From a virus, in the IMG/VR virus record IMGVR_UViG_3300031992_000044: a stretch of 64,000 bases of DNA, one strand, 5' to 3'. The notes under the pieces are model-generated. The model made no database searches. It saw nothing but the letters and a program-made list of their open reading frames with translations, and was not told the origin of the DNA. Both the position numbers and the translations under genes were made by a program. Shown piece by piece: positions 62,858-64,000 of this stretch (position 1 is its first letter; the number at the start of each line of letters is the position of its first letter).

Positions 62858-63289
62858 TTAGTATTCTAACATAAATTTCTCTAATGCTATAATCTCATAA
62901 TTGAGTTGTTTCTTGTATGATATATAATCAACTCTTGTACAGTCACCTTTACAGTTTTCAAATATAGTATTTCTGCCATATTTGTATAGAATAATCATTA
63001 TAATTAATCTATTTAATGAATACCTATTTTTTGTATAAAGACGATAATGTTGAGTTATATTTTGAGCTGATTCATATCGTATTGTTGGGAGAAGATGAGC
63101 TCTTATCTTTGTTGGAGAACACATTATACTATTGTGGCTTGTTATGTATTTCTCTAACGCAGATACAATGTTTTGAAATGTATCATAGTCCATATTATTG
63201 GTGATTGATTTCGAAGAAAGAACCGACACAATCTTTTGGATTGTACAATTGGCGACTAGCCCTACCAAGTGGCTCATGTGCCGGTTCAA
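62858..63289 (-). CDS. hypothetical protein
   Basis: 143-aa AT-rich ORF flanked by non-coding sequence on both sides. Confidence 0.5.
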   Translation of the reverse strand: MNRHMSHLVGLVANCTIQKIVSVLSSKSITNNMDYDTFQNIVSALEKYITSHNSIMCSPTKIRAHLLPTIRYESAQNITQHYRLYTKNRYSLNRLIIMIILYKYGRNTIFENCKGDCTRVDYISYKKQLNYEIIALEKFMLEY

Positions 63290-64000
63290 GTGAGGAAATA
63301 GAGTGTGCCCAGCTCTTTAACGTGGCTGGGCTTTACTTTGTTATTTGAATTGATTTCAAATATAAAAGGCTGAGTGTTGACCTTTTGTGTTACCATTTAT
63401 ATCTCTTTCAAGATATTCACACACCTGTTTTTATCAAGTAGGTAACATACGGACACATTTTTATTAGAAATGTGCAAAAACTACTCTCATATTATGTAGA
63501 CTAATTTCTCACTCATGGCGCTTGCGGCTTAACAGAGTGCCCCCTGAGACCAGATAAGTTTGATTTCATCTTTGTGTTTTCCTTGCGGTACTCACACAAT
63601 CTGCGTATTACAGCAGAACAACCGTATTTTCATACGAGAGTGCATAACACTTTTGCTTTTGTTAAATACTTTGGATAAAATAGATAACTAGAGCTCTGCT
63701 TGGAAGATGTGGTTATGCTTGTCACCATACTGGCTTTTGACCAGCTGCAGGTGCAACACCTTCCTATTTTCGCCTGCCAAGGCTACTCATTTCTAATAGT
63801 TTTATTTATCCTACCATTTCTGACTCAAGTAACCAGCTGGAGTTCACCATTGGTTGATGAATAGGATATTACTAATAGATTACACACTCTATTGGACTGG
63901 CAATCCTCTGGAGTATGATTATACTATATATTGTCGGTGTTACCACCCAAGGTAGCTTAGCAAGAGCCACCGTATACCTCTTCAACTCTGCCCGAGTATC

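Overview
The window reads as part of a Crassvirales (crAss-like) phage genome made of two convergent modules. (1) On the + strand, 1-31442 is a late or virion module. It is coherent only if TAG is read as a sense codon. The roughly 60 short + strand ORFs in the track then collapse into 8 genes that all end in TAA or TGA, with about 100 in-frame TAGs by my count. These include a tail hub or muzzle-type protein of about 1345 codons and two giant virion proteins of 5255 and 1973 codons. The larger giant carries a DFDID (DxDxD) RNA-polymerase-type motif, a RecB-like PD-(D/E)XK motif set, an HExxH motif and a C-terminal NADAR (YbiA/DUF1768)-like domain. (2) On the - strand, 31533-63289 is a replication and early/middle module in the standard code. 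It encodes family B DNA polymerase, DnaB-like helicase, TOPRIM primase, SSB ending in DDLPF, a Sak4-like ATPase, a PD-(D/E)XK exonuclease, a resolvase-like nuclease, an AAA+ ATPase and an ECF-type sigma factor. A short TAG-recoded island sits inside it at 52620-55737 (metallophosphoesterase plus a fibre-like protein). About 7 kb of the minus-strand half is ORF-poor, visibly more G+C-rich, and dense in hairpins. It holds 4 tRNA genes (Gln-UUG, Ile-UAU, Glu-UUC and an atypical Gln-CUG) and several tRNA-like elements with normal acceptor and T arms but abnormal anticodon arms. It also holds repeat families, intrinsic terminators that delimit apparently non-coding transcription units, and the most interesting item. 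That item is a tmRNA-like gene at about 55.86-56.10 kb whose 3' (T-arm/acceptor) half lies upstream of its 5' half, so it looks circularly permuted (two-piece), with a G3:U70 acceptor stem and a short frame ending in Ala-Ala. No unambiguous tRNA(CUA) suppressor was found in the window. All calls come from reading the sequence by eye. Domain calls rest on short motifs, and RNA calls rest on hand folding. No database search was run.
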